A DNA stretch of 64,000 bases from an uncultured Lentisphaerota bacterium (lineage in GTDB: Bacteria; Verrucomicrobiota; Kiritimatiellia; RFP12; UBA1067), in contig ONRL01000005.1 in the NCBI GenBank assembly GCA_900320225.1, positions 32,926-96,925 on the forward strand. The letters run 5' to 3'. Made by a program: the position numbers and the translations under genes. Shown here piece by piece: positions 11,094 to 20,711 of this stretch (position 1 is the first letter of the stretch; each line of letters begins with the position of its first letter). The notes under the pieces are model-generated. The model did no database searches, was not told the origin of the DNA, and worked only from the letters and a program-made list of their open reading frames with translations.

Positions 11094-12061
11094 CAATCGC
11101 ATACGCCAGCGACAAGAACTACGCCGCGTTGACCGCGATCAGCGCGGTGTCCGCGCTACGATACAATCCGGGCGCGCGGATCGTGCTGTTGGGCTACAAT
11201 CTGGAAGCGGACGCGCAGGAGCTCGTGCGCAGCTGCGTTGAGAAAGCAGGCGGCGAGTTCGTGTACAAGGATGTCAGTCCTGCCATCGGGAAATTGGTCG
11301 AGCAGGGCGTCTGCCCTTACACTTCATACGCGGCCTACGCGCGAATCTTCATTCCCGAAGTACTGGCGGAAGAAGGGCGTATCCTTTACCTCGACTGCGA
11401 CACGCTGGTGGACGGTCCACTCGACGAACTATTTTCTCTCGATCTCCAGGGCAAGCCGTTTGCGCTCGGGTACGATTGTATTCTCAGCCATTTCAAGCGC
11501 TACATACACCAGCCGCTGGAACTGCCATACTACAACACCGGCGTCATGCTCATCGACTTGGCTGCGTGGCGTGCCCATCGGTGCACCGAGCGCGTCCTTG
11601 CGGAACTCGCGCATCCGAGCGGACCGAATCCGTTGGGCGACCAGGACATCATCGTGCGCGTATTTCCGCAGGAGACGCGACCGATTGATCCCAAGTGGAA
11701 TTTCCTCTCGCAGTTCTTCCTGCTTTCCTACAAGGGGTTGAGGCGAATCGTCGGGGAAGGGGAGAATCTCCTCTTTTCGCCGGAGGCATACCGCGAGGCC
11801 CGCCAACGTCCGGTCATCTACCACTTTTCGGGACATACGCTTGGCCGTCCGTGGTTTACGAGCTCGCGGCATCCGATGAGGAAACTCTACCAGTCCGTCG
11901 CGCAGTCGGCGGATCTCGCCTCCGCCGCTGAGCAGGTACGTCCGATGCCGATGGCCTATCGGGTACAGTACCTGCTTTACCGTCTGTTGCCACAGGGCTT
12001 GTTTGACCGTGCCTGCCGGTGGCTCTATCGCCTGCACGTCAGGTTGACTTACAAGGTGTAG
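11090..12061 (+). CDS. Glycosyltransferase family 8
   Basis: Motifs YASDKNY, YARIF, LYLDCD, YNTGVMLIDL and DQDI. ATGA overlap with the upstream gene. Confidence 0.9.
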   Translation: MTIAYASDKNYAALTAISAVSALRYNPGARIVLLGYNLEADAQELVRSCVEKAGGEFVYKDVSPAIGKLVEQGVCPYTSYAAYARIFIPEVLAEEGRILYLDCDTLVDGPLDELFSLDLQGKPFALGYDCILSHFKRYIHQPLELPYYNTGVMLIDLAAWRAHRCTERVLAELAHPSGPNPLGDQDIIVRVFPQETRPIDPKWNFLSQFFLLSYKGLRRIVGEGENLLFSPEAYREARQRPVIYHFSGHTLGRPWFTSSRHPMRKLYQSVAQSADLASAAEQVRPMPMAYRVQYLLYRLLPQGLFDRACRWLYRLHVRLTYKV

Positions 12062-12063
12062 AC

Positions 12064-13128
12064 ATGCCACGAAAAAGTAACCTTGAACTTTTGCGGATCC
12101 TTGCGATGCTGGCCATCGTGAGCGGACATCTCCTCAGCCAGAGTTCACTTGCCAACGTAACGGGGACGAATCACATCCTCGCCATGTTGTTGGGATCTGG
12201 TGTGCGCATCGGCGTCAACGTGTTCTTGATTCTGGGCGTTTGGTTCATGGTTGATGCGAAGTTCAAGGCCGAACGCATCGTCCGGCTCTATCTGGAAGTC
12301 TTCTTTTACAGCGTGCCGATAACGATTTGCATGTTTCTGATGGGCGAAGCGGGCGGCTTTCGTAACGTTCTCCAGGGAATGCTTCCTTTCTTCGGTCGCT
12401 CCGTCTGGTTTGCGAGCGCCTATATCTCGTTGATTGCCCTATCGCCTTTCCTAAATCATTTCTTCACCTTGCCGGCCCGTACGCAGCGCACGTTGCTGGC
12501 GGTCTTGATTATCCTTTTCTGCCTTGTTCCGACAATCCCCTGCTCCACCCCGCTTGACTACCTGGCCGATTTCACGTGGTTCTGCGTTGTTTATCTTGTC
12601 ATTGGCATAATCAAGAAAGAAAACTTGCTGGAGCGGTTGCGTGGCGCGAAACGGTTTTTCTTGGCGGGGTGCGCCGTCTATTCTGCCCTTGTGGGCATGA
12701 GGCTTGTCCCGACTACGCAGCCGATTGCGGATTATTGGATCGTCAACATCAAGTCGTTGCCGAACTTCCTCTGCGCCTTTCTGATATTCTTCGGATTCCT
12801 TCGGCTGGATTTCGGCGTGGTGAAAGGAATCAATTTTGCTGCGCGCTCCGTGTTCGCGGTCTATATTGTCCATCAGACGCCCGCCTTCATCCATTACCAG
12901 TGGAATGTCCTGTGTCGCGCGGATTCGTTCGTCAACGCTTCACCGGCTGTGTTCGCGGGTGTCGTTGTGGGTATTTCGTTTGCGGTCTTTCTGGTTGTAT
13001 CGGCAGTTGATTTCATCCGGCTCCGTTTTTTGGAACCGCTTTACATGGCATCTCCTCCAGTCAAGTGGATCTGTTCTAGGATATCGTCTTTCTATCGTCA
13101 AGGCCCTCAAGAAGCGTCTGCCACATGA
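12064..13128 (+). CDS. Acyltransferase family 3 (O-acetyltransferase)
   Basis: RKSNLELLRILAM, GVNVFLI, WF, VYIVH and about 10 TM segments. Confidence 0.85.
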   Translation: MPRKSNLELLRILAMLAIVSGHLLSQSSLANVTGTNHILAMLLGSGVRIGVNVFLILGVWFMVDAKFKAERIVRLYLEVFFYSVPITICMFLMGEAGGFRNVLQGMLPFFGRSVWFASAYISLIALSPFLNHFFTLPARTQRTLLAVLIILFCLVPTIPCSTPLDYLADFTWFCVVYLVIGIIKKENLLERLRGAKRFFLAGCAVYSALVGMRLVPTTQPIADYWIVNIKSLPNFLCAFLIFFGFLRLDFGVVKGINFAARSVFAVYIVHQTPAFIHYQWNVLCRADSFVNASPAVFAGVVVGISFAVFLVVSAVDFIRLRFLEPLYMASPPVKWICSRISSFYRQGPQEASAT

Positions 13129-13187
13129 AAGGCTCTATGGTAGTGGCGGGCAAGTATATTGAACTTATCATTTTGTTAAGTTTCGGG

Positions 13188-13216
13188 TTGACGCACGCGA
13201 GGAAAAGTTGTAGAAT
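13188..13216 (+). promoter_or_regulatory. sigma70 promoter of higBA
   Basis: TTGACG-17 bp-TAGAAT, with ATG 9 nt downstream. Confidence 0.7.
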
Positions 13217-13225
13217 GACTGTCGC

Positions 13226-13537
13226 ATGCGCATAATAAAAATCAAACACCTTCGCGACTTCTGGACGTTGCATCCGACCGCTGGACCTTCGTTGCGTCAG
13301 TGGGTTGTTGAATGCAGACGTGCGCAATGGAAGAGTTTTGCGGATGTCAAGGCGTACGCGCGAAGCGCCGATTGGGTTGGAAACGGACGTGTCGTGTTCA
13401 ATGTCTGCGGCAATCGGTTTCGCCTTGTCGTTGCAATCGGATTCAGAACCGGCATTGTGCTTGTGAAATTCATCGGAACCCATGCCGAATACGCGAAAGT
13501 GGATGTGGCCACAGTCGAGATAGGAGATGCGAAATGA
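13226..13537 (+). CDS. higB: HigB toxin
   Basis: MRII..L..FW..H, VVFNVCGNRFRLV and FIGTHAEY. Confidence 0.92.
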   Translation: MRIIKIKHLRDFWTLHPTAGPSLRQWVVECRRAQWKSFADVKAYARSADWVGNGRVVFNVCGNRFRLVVAIGFRTGIVLVKFIGTHAEYAKVDVATVEIGDAK

Positions 13538-13986
13538 GAATACTGAAGAAGCTTCTGAAGCCTTTCCGCCGCAAGTTGACGACGGAGGCAGAGTACGACA
13601 ATGCCGTCAAGACGTTGTCGACCTTGCTTGACCGCGAACCGACGCTCAACAAGGAGGAACTGGAGTATCTCGATCTTCTGGGAACGTTGGTGGAGGAGTA
13701 CGAGCGGCGTACGTCGCCGGAGGTATATGCGGACATCGACATTCCTGTTGCGCCAATCGACGCTATCCGCTGGGCGATGGACCGGAACGGGTTCATGCAG
13801 AAGGACCTTTGCCCGTACATCGGTAGCGAATCCGTTGTCTCGGCTGTGCTGAAAGGCCAGCGTTCGCTTTCCAAGGCCATGATCGTTCGTCTGCACGAGG
13901 GGCTAGGAATCCCATACGAGAACCTTCTTCCCGTACCCCGCGCCAAGCCGCGTTCGTCTTTGCGGCGCGTGGCCGCCGTACTGTAA
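13534..13986 (+). CDS. higA: HigA antitoxin (HTH-XRE)
   Basis: EAEY...LLGTLVEEYE and PIDAIRWAM..QKDL..IGS..VS.VL.G.R.LS. ATGA overlap with higB. Confidence 0.9.
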   Translation: MRILKKLLKPFRRKLTTEAEYDNAVKTLSTLLDREPTLNKEELEYLDLLGTLVEEYERRTSPEVYADIDIPVAPIDAIRWAMDRNGFMQKDLCPYIGSESVVSAVLKGQRSLSKAMIVRLHEGLGIPYENLLPVPRAKPRSSLRRVAAVL

Positions 13987-13998
13987 CCAGTCCATCTC

Positions 13999-14427
13999 AT
14001 GTCTTATCTTGCCTCACGTCTCTCGTTTCATGACCCCGCGTCCGTCCCCGTTTCGCCAGCGGTGGGCTCGGCGCGTTATAGTACCGCCTCGTTGGAGAGA
14101 CTGCTTGACGAGACGGACGAATATTGCCGCACCCATCTCGAACGCGAAGATGGGGATGAAATGTTCAAGAGGATACGGAACAAGCGCCAAACACCGGTAA
14201 AGATCGGTATAGCGGATGGCCAGTATTCATTCAAGCTTGATTTTGACAAGAGGTTTGACGGCATGGACGCAGAGATTGCAGCAGAGTTCGGCGAACAGTC
14301 CGAAAAAGTTGCCGAAGAAAGGCGCGGAGAATTGCCTCCGTCCGTGCAGGAGATTGTTGGAATCCTACCGGCGGACATTGACGCTGAAAAGGCGTATTGC
14401 GAACATCTTGAGGAGAAGTATCAATGA
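13999..14427 (+). CDS. Hypothetical protein resembling three concatenated antitoxin C-terminal tails
   Basis: Segments LERLLDETDEY..DEMFKRIR, KIGIADGQY..FDGMDAEIAAEF and LPPSVQEIVGIL..YCEHLEEKY. Stop overlaps the next ATG. Confidence 0.6.
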   Translation: MSYLASRLSFHDPASVPVSPAVGSARYSTASLERLLDETDEYCRTHLEREDGDEMFKRIRNKRQTPVKIGIADGQYSFKLDFDKRFDGMDAEIAAEFGEQSEKVAEERRGELPPSVQEIVGILPADIDAEKAYCEHLEEKYQ

Positions 14428-14642
14428 CTCCCATGTTCAAATGCAACCTGCCGCCGTACCTGGCGCACGACCTCGAGGCCTGGAAGAAGGGCGTCGAGGA
14501 GCATTCGCATCTCCTCGACTGCCTCTGGGGCGAACTCTACGGCTCGATCAACATCGCCGAGATCAACGACGGCGCGATCACCCACGAACAGGCGCAGTAC
14601 CTGCGCGACAAGTACCTCTGGGGGAAGGACGTAGATGCGTGA
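14424..14642 (+). CDS. Small hypothetical helical protein
   Basis: LPPYL..DCLWGELYGSINIAE..ITHEQAQYLRDKYL. Host-like GC3, overlaps both neighbours. Confidence 0.7.
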   Translation: MTPMFKCNLPPYLAHDLEAWKKGVEEHSHLLDCLWGELYGSINIAEINDGAITHEQAQYLRDKYLWGKDVDA

Positions 14643-15870
14643 ACTGATTTCCAAAATACGGGTTTGGGGGCTGGCGGGAATCTTCGGATTCTTTCGGCGG
14701 AAGTATGCCTTTTTCGTCCAACGGCGCCGATTGACACGGCTTGTGCAGCATTCCTCAACGACGGTTCCCCAACGCGGCATTACGGTCGTCGGCGACTTGA
14801 CCGGGCGCGTGTCGTTGAGCAAGGCCATGCGAGATTTCATTCTGTGCCTGAAAGACGCTGGCATTCCGTTCCAGACATATGACACGCTTTTGAAGCCGCA
14901 GATTCCCGAATCGGATGTGAAGGGCATTGTCACGCCCATTGCGGAGTTTGATCCTTTGCGATACAGCCATGTCGTGATGATGTATCGGTGTCCCCTTGAA
15001 AAGGAATGGATGCCCCAGCAGGTCTTCGCGCGGATCGCGTTTCATGAGAGTGAGCACGGCATCCACGAGACGGCGCCGTTCTTGAAAGAAAGCGGCGATA
15101 CGATCATCGGGATGTCTGATTTCAACTACAACTATTACAAGCGGGCATTCCCGAACCAACCGGTTTATAAGATTCTCTATCCATTCAGGCCCAAGTTGAC
15201 GGGGGCAGCCCCGCCAGAAGACTTGCGGGAACGCCTTGGGATCGCCAAAGATGACTTTGTCGTTTTCTTTAACTTCGATTTCGGTTCCTACTACCGGAAA
15301 AACATCACGGCCGAGCTGAAGGCATTTGCCTTGGCGTTCAAAGGGGACAAAAAGGCGAAACTGGTGTTTAAGACGAAAGGAGCCGATGCGAACCGTCATC
15401 AGGTCGCCGAGATGATGGCGCTGGTTGGGGAATTGGGAATTGTCGAGCAGTTCGTCCACATTCCGCAATATCTCCCGCGTGCCGATCTGGATGGATTGAC
15501 GGCGGCGTGCGATGTCTATCTCTCGTTGCACAGGGCTGAAGGGTTCGGTCTTGGAATGGCCGAGGCGATGAGCCAGGGGAAGCCCGTGGTGGCGACAAAC
15601 TGGAGCGCAAACATCGAGTTCTGCCGGCCAGATACCGCCTGGTGCATTCCGTATCGGATAGTCCCCGTTCAGCCGCACGAGTACATGGTGGCCACGAAAG
15701 AGTGGGCTGAGGCGGATGTCGAGGTGGCCGCTGCAGCCCTCCGAGAAATTCGGACCAATCCAGGATTGGTGGCAGAGCGAACCGCGAAGGGTAAGTCGTT
15801 CATGGAGGAACACTTCTCCATCGCGAACTTCAAGAAAAGCGTTGACGCGTTTCTGGATGGAAGACTATGA
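14635..15870 (+). CDS. Glycosyltransferase family 4
   Basis: DVYLSLHRAEGFGLGMAEAM..GKPVVAT and YRKN. Confidence 0.9.
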   Translation: MRELISKIRVWGLAGIFGFFRRKYAFFVQRRRLTRLVQHSSTTVPQRGITVVGDLTGRVSLSKAMRDFILCLKDAGIPFQTYDTLLKPQIPESDVKGIVTPIAEFDPLRYSHVVMMYRCPLEKEWMPQQVFARIAFHESEHGIHETAPFLKESGDTIIGMSDFNYNYYKRAFPNQPVYKILYPFRPKLTGAAPPEDLRERLGIAKDDFVVFFNFDFGSYYRKNITAELKAFALAFKGDKKAKLVFKTKGADANRHQVAEMMALVGELGIVEQFVHIPQYLPRADLDGLTAACDVYLSLHRAEGFGLGMAEAMSQGKPVVATNWSANIEFCRPDTAWCIPYRIVPVQPHEYMVATKEWAEADVEVAAAALREIRTNPGLVAERTAKGKSFMEEHFSIANFKKSVDAFLDGRL

Positions 15871-16637
15871 ATGATGCGACTGCGTTGCTTTCACGTTGGC
15901 AGCGTCAACGGCTGGACACCGTTCACGCGAACCGCACGGATTACGGACACGGACCGGATTCAGTTACCGTGTTGGCTTATTACTGGGGGGCGGATGTTGA
16001 GAAGCCTGATACGTACTTTTATCGGATCGAATCGGCATTTCGCGAAACCTGGCTACATTGCGGAATGATGAAATCATTTGCCCAAAAGTTTCCTTGCGTG
16101 GAAATACAAATCGAGCCCTCGCTAATCCCCGGAAACCTCTACACCATGAGCGCTGATTGCGATGGGAAATTTGCCGATCGCTTCTCGACCGACTACCTCA
16201 TGGTCATCCAAGATGACGGATTTCCCTTGCAATCCGGTTTGGAGGAGTTCCTTGGCAAGTGGGATTTCATCGGACCGCCTTATGTCCGGGACAAGTTCTT
16301 CCCCAGGTTGATCGCACGGATGTTCAATCTTTGGACGGCTAATGGCGGTTTCTCCATCCGATCTAAGCGAATGTGCGACATGGCCCAGAAGTATTGGCGG
16401 GAGATTTACCACACCTTTCCCGACTGCCATGCCGTGGGCGAGGATGCTTATTACACGGAAACGTTGCTGAGGCGTCATCGCGAATACAGGTGCACGATGA
16501 AAATGGCTGATTGCCGGTCGGCGATTCGTTTTGCCTACGATTGCGTGGTGGAGCAGCCGGTCAAATCCCTGCCGTTCGGATTCCACAGGGCGGAAACGTT
16601 TGCCATATTCGTGGATCGTGGCTGGATTCAGGTTTGA
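15867..16637 (+). CDS. DUF5672-like putative glycosyltransferase
   Basis: IQDDGF, WDFIGPP, NGGFSIRS, ED and PFGFH. Confidence 0.75.
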   Translation: MNDATALLSRWQRQRLDTVHANRTDYGHGPDSVTVLAYYWGADVEKPDTYFYRIESAFRETWLHCGMMKSFAQKFPCVEIQIEPSLIPGNLYTMSADCDGKFADRFSTDYLMVIQDDGFPLQSGLEEFLGKWDFIGPPYVRDKFFPRLIARMFNLWTANGGFSIRSKRMCDMAQKYWREIYHTFPDCHAVGEDAYYTETLLRRHREYRCTMKMADCRSAIRFAYDCVVEQPVKSLPFGFHRAETFAIFVDRGWIQV

Positions 16638-17632
16638 AGTCTCTTACGGGCGCGGCCGTTTAGGCGGTCCATGAGCCGTTTGCCGGCATTGTAGATGCGT
16701 TTGCTGGTCAGCAACGGGTATAGGAATGAGTTTTGGATCAGGTGTAGCGGGTAGAGGACGCAACGCATGAGAAAGGTGGACTGGAGCCAGATGGCGTGGA
16801 AGTTTGCGGAGCCTTCCCGGCCGCGGAGATAAAGGAACGTCTGCCCGTAGAAACCGAACCGCCCGATTTGCGAACCGTACACCAGCGCCTTGAACGCGCG
16901 TTTCGACAGTTTCCTGTCCCAGAGCTCGCCCGTGAGGATGGCAAAACCCACGGCGAGGTACGTTGTCCGACTCCTGGTGAACACCTCGCTTTTGACGTCC
17001 CCCCGCGTGATGGAGGCGTCGTTCCCGTAACAACCGGGGAGAACAATTCCCTGTTTGATCACGTAGATGCTGCCACCGTGGTTGAGGTACATGACAACGG
17101 GTGCGAGATGGGGGAAAAGAGCGAACGTGCAGTCGTAGGCGTTGCGCATGGCCGTATCGGTGATAATGCCTGGACCGTAGATGATAGAAGGCAGGAAGGT
17201 CATCTGCTGGAGGCATTCCGCCGGGTCACTGCGTTTGGGACCGCTCTTTGCCAAGTGTCGATCCCCGACGCAGATTAGTTTCTCGCCGCGTTGCATGGCC
17301 TCTTCAACTTCGGGCCACCCCTCCCAGTTGTAGACGTCGTCGTCGCAGATGACCCAGTGGTAGGGTTTTGCGCCGTATATTTCCAACGCCTTTGCGATGT
17401 TGGCGTTTCCTCCGACGTTGAAGTTGTTGACGAGGTGCTTGACGTTGGGGTACAATCCCGCGTAGCGTCCGGCGATTTGCGGCGTCGCGTCGGTGGATTT
17501 GTTGTCAAGGATCGTGAGGTCGCAATTCCGCACCGGCGAGTCGGGGGCAAAGAGCATCTCGAGCGTCTTTTCGAACTGCGGCGCCCGATTGAAGGTAATC
17601 AGCACGATGTCGAGAAGTTGTTCTGTCGTCAT
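16628..17632 (-). CDS. Glycosyltransferase family 2
   Basis: LITFNRA, ILDNKSTDAT, NVGGNAN and WVICDDD. Confidence 0.9.
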   Translation of the reverse strand: MTTEQLLDIVLITFNRAPQFEKTLEMLFAPDSPVRNCDLTILDNKSTDATPQIAGRYAGLYPNVKHLVNNFNVGGNANIAKALEIYGAKPYHWVICDDDVYNWEGWPEVEEAMQRGEKLICVGDRHLAKSGPKRSDPAECLQQMTFLPSIIYGPGIITDTAMRNAYDCTFALFPHLAPVVMYLNHGGSIYVIKQGIVLPGCYGNDASITRGDVKSEVFTRSRTTYLAVGFAILTGELWDRKLSKRAFKALVYGSQIGRFGFYGQTFLYLRGREGSANFHAIWLQSTFLMRCVLYPLHLIQNSFLYPLLTSKRIYNAGKRLMDRLNGRARKRLQT

Positions 17633-17686
17633 GGCAGGATACTTGTTTAAGATTGTCTACTCGCTATGTGGCGAAAAGTTTTTGAT

Positions 17687-17721
17687 ATTATACCACAAAA
17701 CGCTCTCGTTTATGGTATAAT
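17687..17721. promoter_or_regulatory. Back-to-back extended -10 elements (bidirectional promoter)
   Basis: ATTATACCA-17 bp-TGGTATAAT between divergent genes. Confidence 0.65.
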
Positions 17722-17727
17722 GCGCGC

Positions 17728-19246
17728 GTGGCTGATGAAGTTCTGACATATTCGGTCCTTTCTGGTTCGGCGCTGATCGATGCCGATTGGGCCGAGGTGT
17801 CGGAATTGTTTTCGTCCTCCTACGGGGTCTACAGCGAAAAGGAGCCGTCTGGTCGTGCAGGACGGCGCATTCGGCTTTCACCGGCTTACTACCGCAGGGC
17901 GTATGCGAATGGATCCTATCAGGTCGCAGTTTGCCGTGATGGGAAGAGTCTTGTTGCCGAGGCCGTGTTCCGCGTGAGCGATACGACGAGGGGGCGTGCG
18001 GCGTTCGTCGTACAGCTAGTTGTTGATGAGAAGTACCGTCGTCGTGGACGTCGTACAGCTAGTTGTTGATGAGAAGTACCGTCGTCGTGGAATCGCCAGT
18101 ACGCTCCTCCACGCGGTCTGGGGATTCTCCGATTTCTGCTGCTGGGGGATCGTCACGTCCAATGCATTCACAGTCGAGTCGTTGGAGGCGGCGACTTTTC
18201 GGCGAGTTTGTCCGCAGACGATACTGGACAACGCGGAGTTCATTCGACGGGAGGTCCTTGCGGGAATTGGGTTCCTTGAAGAGGCTCGTTGGACGATCTC
18301 GGCCTCGGAGTCGGTGGTTGACACCGGATTTTACACGGATCGTTCGACGCCGGCTGAGGCGGTGTTCGCGATGTCTGAGCGGTTGGGTGCCTTGCCAGAG
18401 GGGGCGGAATGGCTGGCCGTTGTTTTCCGCGAGCAGCCGCTTGACGATTTCAAGGCCTACAGGAGTCTCATCCTCTCTTCCGCTCGTTTCGTCGCCGAGG
18501 CGTATTCGCGTATGCCTCAGGGCGAACAAGGATGGGCGGCGAAAGCCGATGCCGAGATCTCCGCCATTCTCGGCTGGATTCCCGAGTTGCCCCGAACGGC
18601 ACGCATCGCTGATTTTGGTGCGGGTTCCGGACGTCACGTTACGACACTGCGGGCGGCAGGTTTCATGGATTTGACCGCCGTTGATTTCGCGTCGTCAGTG
18701 CCCGGTATCGTGAGAGAAGACATTCGGACATGGCGGGCGAACGAGCCGTTTGATCTGATACTCTGCCTTTACGACGTCATCGGTTCATTCCCGGACGATG
18801 AGGACAACAAGGCCATTCTTGCATCCGTTTCTGCCAACCTCAAACCGGGCGGACATGCCGTGCTGTCGGTTTCCAATTACGACTATGTTGCCGGGAAGGG
18901 GGCGGGCAAGGTTGATCTGGATAATCCTGTCGAGTCCGTGCGACAAATCTTCGCGTTGCCTCCTTCGCGGTCGATGGAGACGACGGGGGAGTTCTTCAAT
19001 CCTAATTTCATTCTTCTAGACGAAAAACGCCATGTCGCCTGTCGGAAGGAGCAGTTTTCCGCTCGGTCAGGGTTGCCGGGCGAGTATCTGCTGTGCGACC
19101 GGCGTTTTACGGCAGATGAGATTCGTGCTTGGGCTGAGGCATGTGGCCTCGCCGTTACGGAAGTCAGGTTTGTCAGGGCAGGGTTTGACACAGAGTTTGA
19201 TGCTTCGACGGGCAAGGAAATCCTGTTGATCACCAAAAGAACATGA
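17728..19246 (+). pseudogene. GNAT-like acetyltransferase plus class I SAM methyltransferase fusion, frameshifted by a 43-bp duplication
   Basis: LVVDEKYRRRGIA (acetyl-CoA motif) and DFGAGSGRH (SAM motif I). Removing one copy gives a 1476-nt ORF. Confidence 0.8.
18006..18091 (+). repeat. Perfect 43-bp tandem duplication
   Basis: CGTCGTACAGCTAGTTGTTGATGAGAAGTACCGTCGTCGTGGA occurs twice. Confidence 0.95.
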
Positions 19247-19911
19247 GAGGACGAAAGAAGAATCTTATGCCTGCGAATAATGGTTATTACCAAAACAAGC
19301 GTCCTGAGATTTATGGGATGGTGCCTGAATCCGCACGCACGGTTCTGGAAATCGGATGTGCCGCCGGTGGATTCCGGCTGAACTTTCCCGACGAAGTTGA
19401 ATATTGGGGCGTGGAACCGGTTCGTGAGGCGGCCGAACAGGCTCGTCAGAAGAACATCAAGGTTCTTTGCGGAACTTATGATGAGGTCAGCGAGCAATTG
19501 CCGGCTGCGTATTTTGACGTTGTGGTCTGCAATGACGTCATTGAGCATGTGCCCGATCCCGAAGCGTTTCTGGTGTCGTTGAAGGGCAAGTTGGCGACGA
19601 ATGGCATTCTCGTAGGATCAATCCCAAATGTCAGGTTCTGGGGCAACTTGATCAACTTGCTTGTACGGCGTGATTGGAAATACGAAGAGAGCGGTGTCCT
19701 TGACCGCACGCACCTTCGTTTCTTCACGGCGAAATCATTCCGCAGATTGATGCATGGCGCCGGATACGAGTTGGTGAAAATGGCGGGAATCGAATCAAAG
19801 AGGATGAAGGTCCTGAAGGTGTTGTTCTCGCCATTCCTGATCTTGGCGGGCTTTGACGTTTGCGATATGCAATTCATGTTTAAGGCCGTCAAGAAGGGAG
19901 AACAGGAATGA
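19243..19911 (+). CDS. Class I SAM-dependent methyltransferase
   Basis: VLEIGCAAG, DVIEHVPDP, SIPNV and GVLDRTHLRFFT. Confidence 0.9.
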   Translation: MRGRKKNLMPANNGYYQNKRPEIYGMVPESARTVLEIGCAAGGFRLNFPDEVEYWGVEPVREAAEQARQKNIKVLCGTYDEVSEQLPAAYFDVVVCNDVIEHVPDPEAFLVSLKGKLATNGILVGSIPNVRFWGNLINLLVRRDWKYEESGVLDRTHLRFFTAKSFRRLMHGAGYELVKMAGIESKRMKVLKVLFSPFLILAGFDVCDMQFMFKAVKKGEQE

Positions 19912-20669
19912 GACCTGACGTAAGTATTTGCATTTTGACATGGAACAGGGCCGATTTCCTTGAGATCTGTCTGCGAGAGATGTTCGCATCCATTACGCCG
20001 ACGAGTCAAGGCGGATTGACACGTGAGATCTTGATTATGGACAATGGGTCAACTGACAAAACACAAGAAGTTTTAGCTCGGTATGCAACTCGGTCTGATG
20101 TACGGATATATCGACAGAAAAAGAATCTTGGGTTCAGTGCTTACAAGAGGTTGTTTTTTCATGCGCGAGGCCATATCGTGATTGATTTGGATGACGACAT
20201 ATTGAAGTTCCCAAAGGACTTTGACAGAATACTGGTAGACTATCTTTCTGTCTACAAAGACTATGGATTTCTTGCCTGCAATGTTGTGCAGAACGAGAAG
20301 ACAGACGGCAATCGACCACGGGATGCCAAGTATATCAAAGATGTCAGAGGAGGCATGGTCGTCGAAGAAGGACCGACAGGGGGATGGTGCAGCGCTTTTA
20401 GGAGGCGAGACTATCTGTGGATCAAGCTTTTGATTTTTCTGTTTAGAATGGACTCAAAAACTCCTGAAGATGCCTACATCGCATCGCTTTGCTGGCGTTT
20501 GCATAAAAAGATTGGCATCATCACGAACGCTGTTGTCTTTCATGCTTGCGGTCCGACGTATGCCCGCGAATACAACCATCTTGACCGCGAGATAGAGAAG
20601 TATCGCATGGGCGAGAATCACGAGTTCGCGCAAAGGTTTATCAACGAGAAACTCATGGAAAAGAATTGA
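19908..20669 (+). CDS. Glycosyltransferase family 2
   Basis: ILTWNR, MDNGSTDKT, NLG and DLDDD. Confidence 0.88.
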   Translation: MRPDVSICILTWNRADFLEICLREMFASITPTSQGGLTREILIMDNGSTDKTQEVLARYATRSDVRIYRQKKNLGFSAYKRLFFHARGHIVIDLDDDILKFPKDFDRILVDYLSVYKDYGFLACNVVQNEKTDGNRPRDAKYIKDVRGGMVVEEGPTGGWCSAFRRRDYLWIKLLIFLFRMDSKTPEDAYIASLCWRLHKKIGIITNAVVFHACGPTYAREYNHLDREIEKYRMGENHEFAQRFINEKLMEKN

Positions 20670-20711
20670 TAGTGTTTGATGTCTAGGAGGTTACATGAGG
20701 TTGGTTTTGTG

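Noticed and set aside
16060-16090. Possible short in-frame deletion in the DUF5672-like gene (CGMMKS/FAQKF)
   Set aside because: Only an impression of an abrupt junction, which cannot be supported without an alignment.
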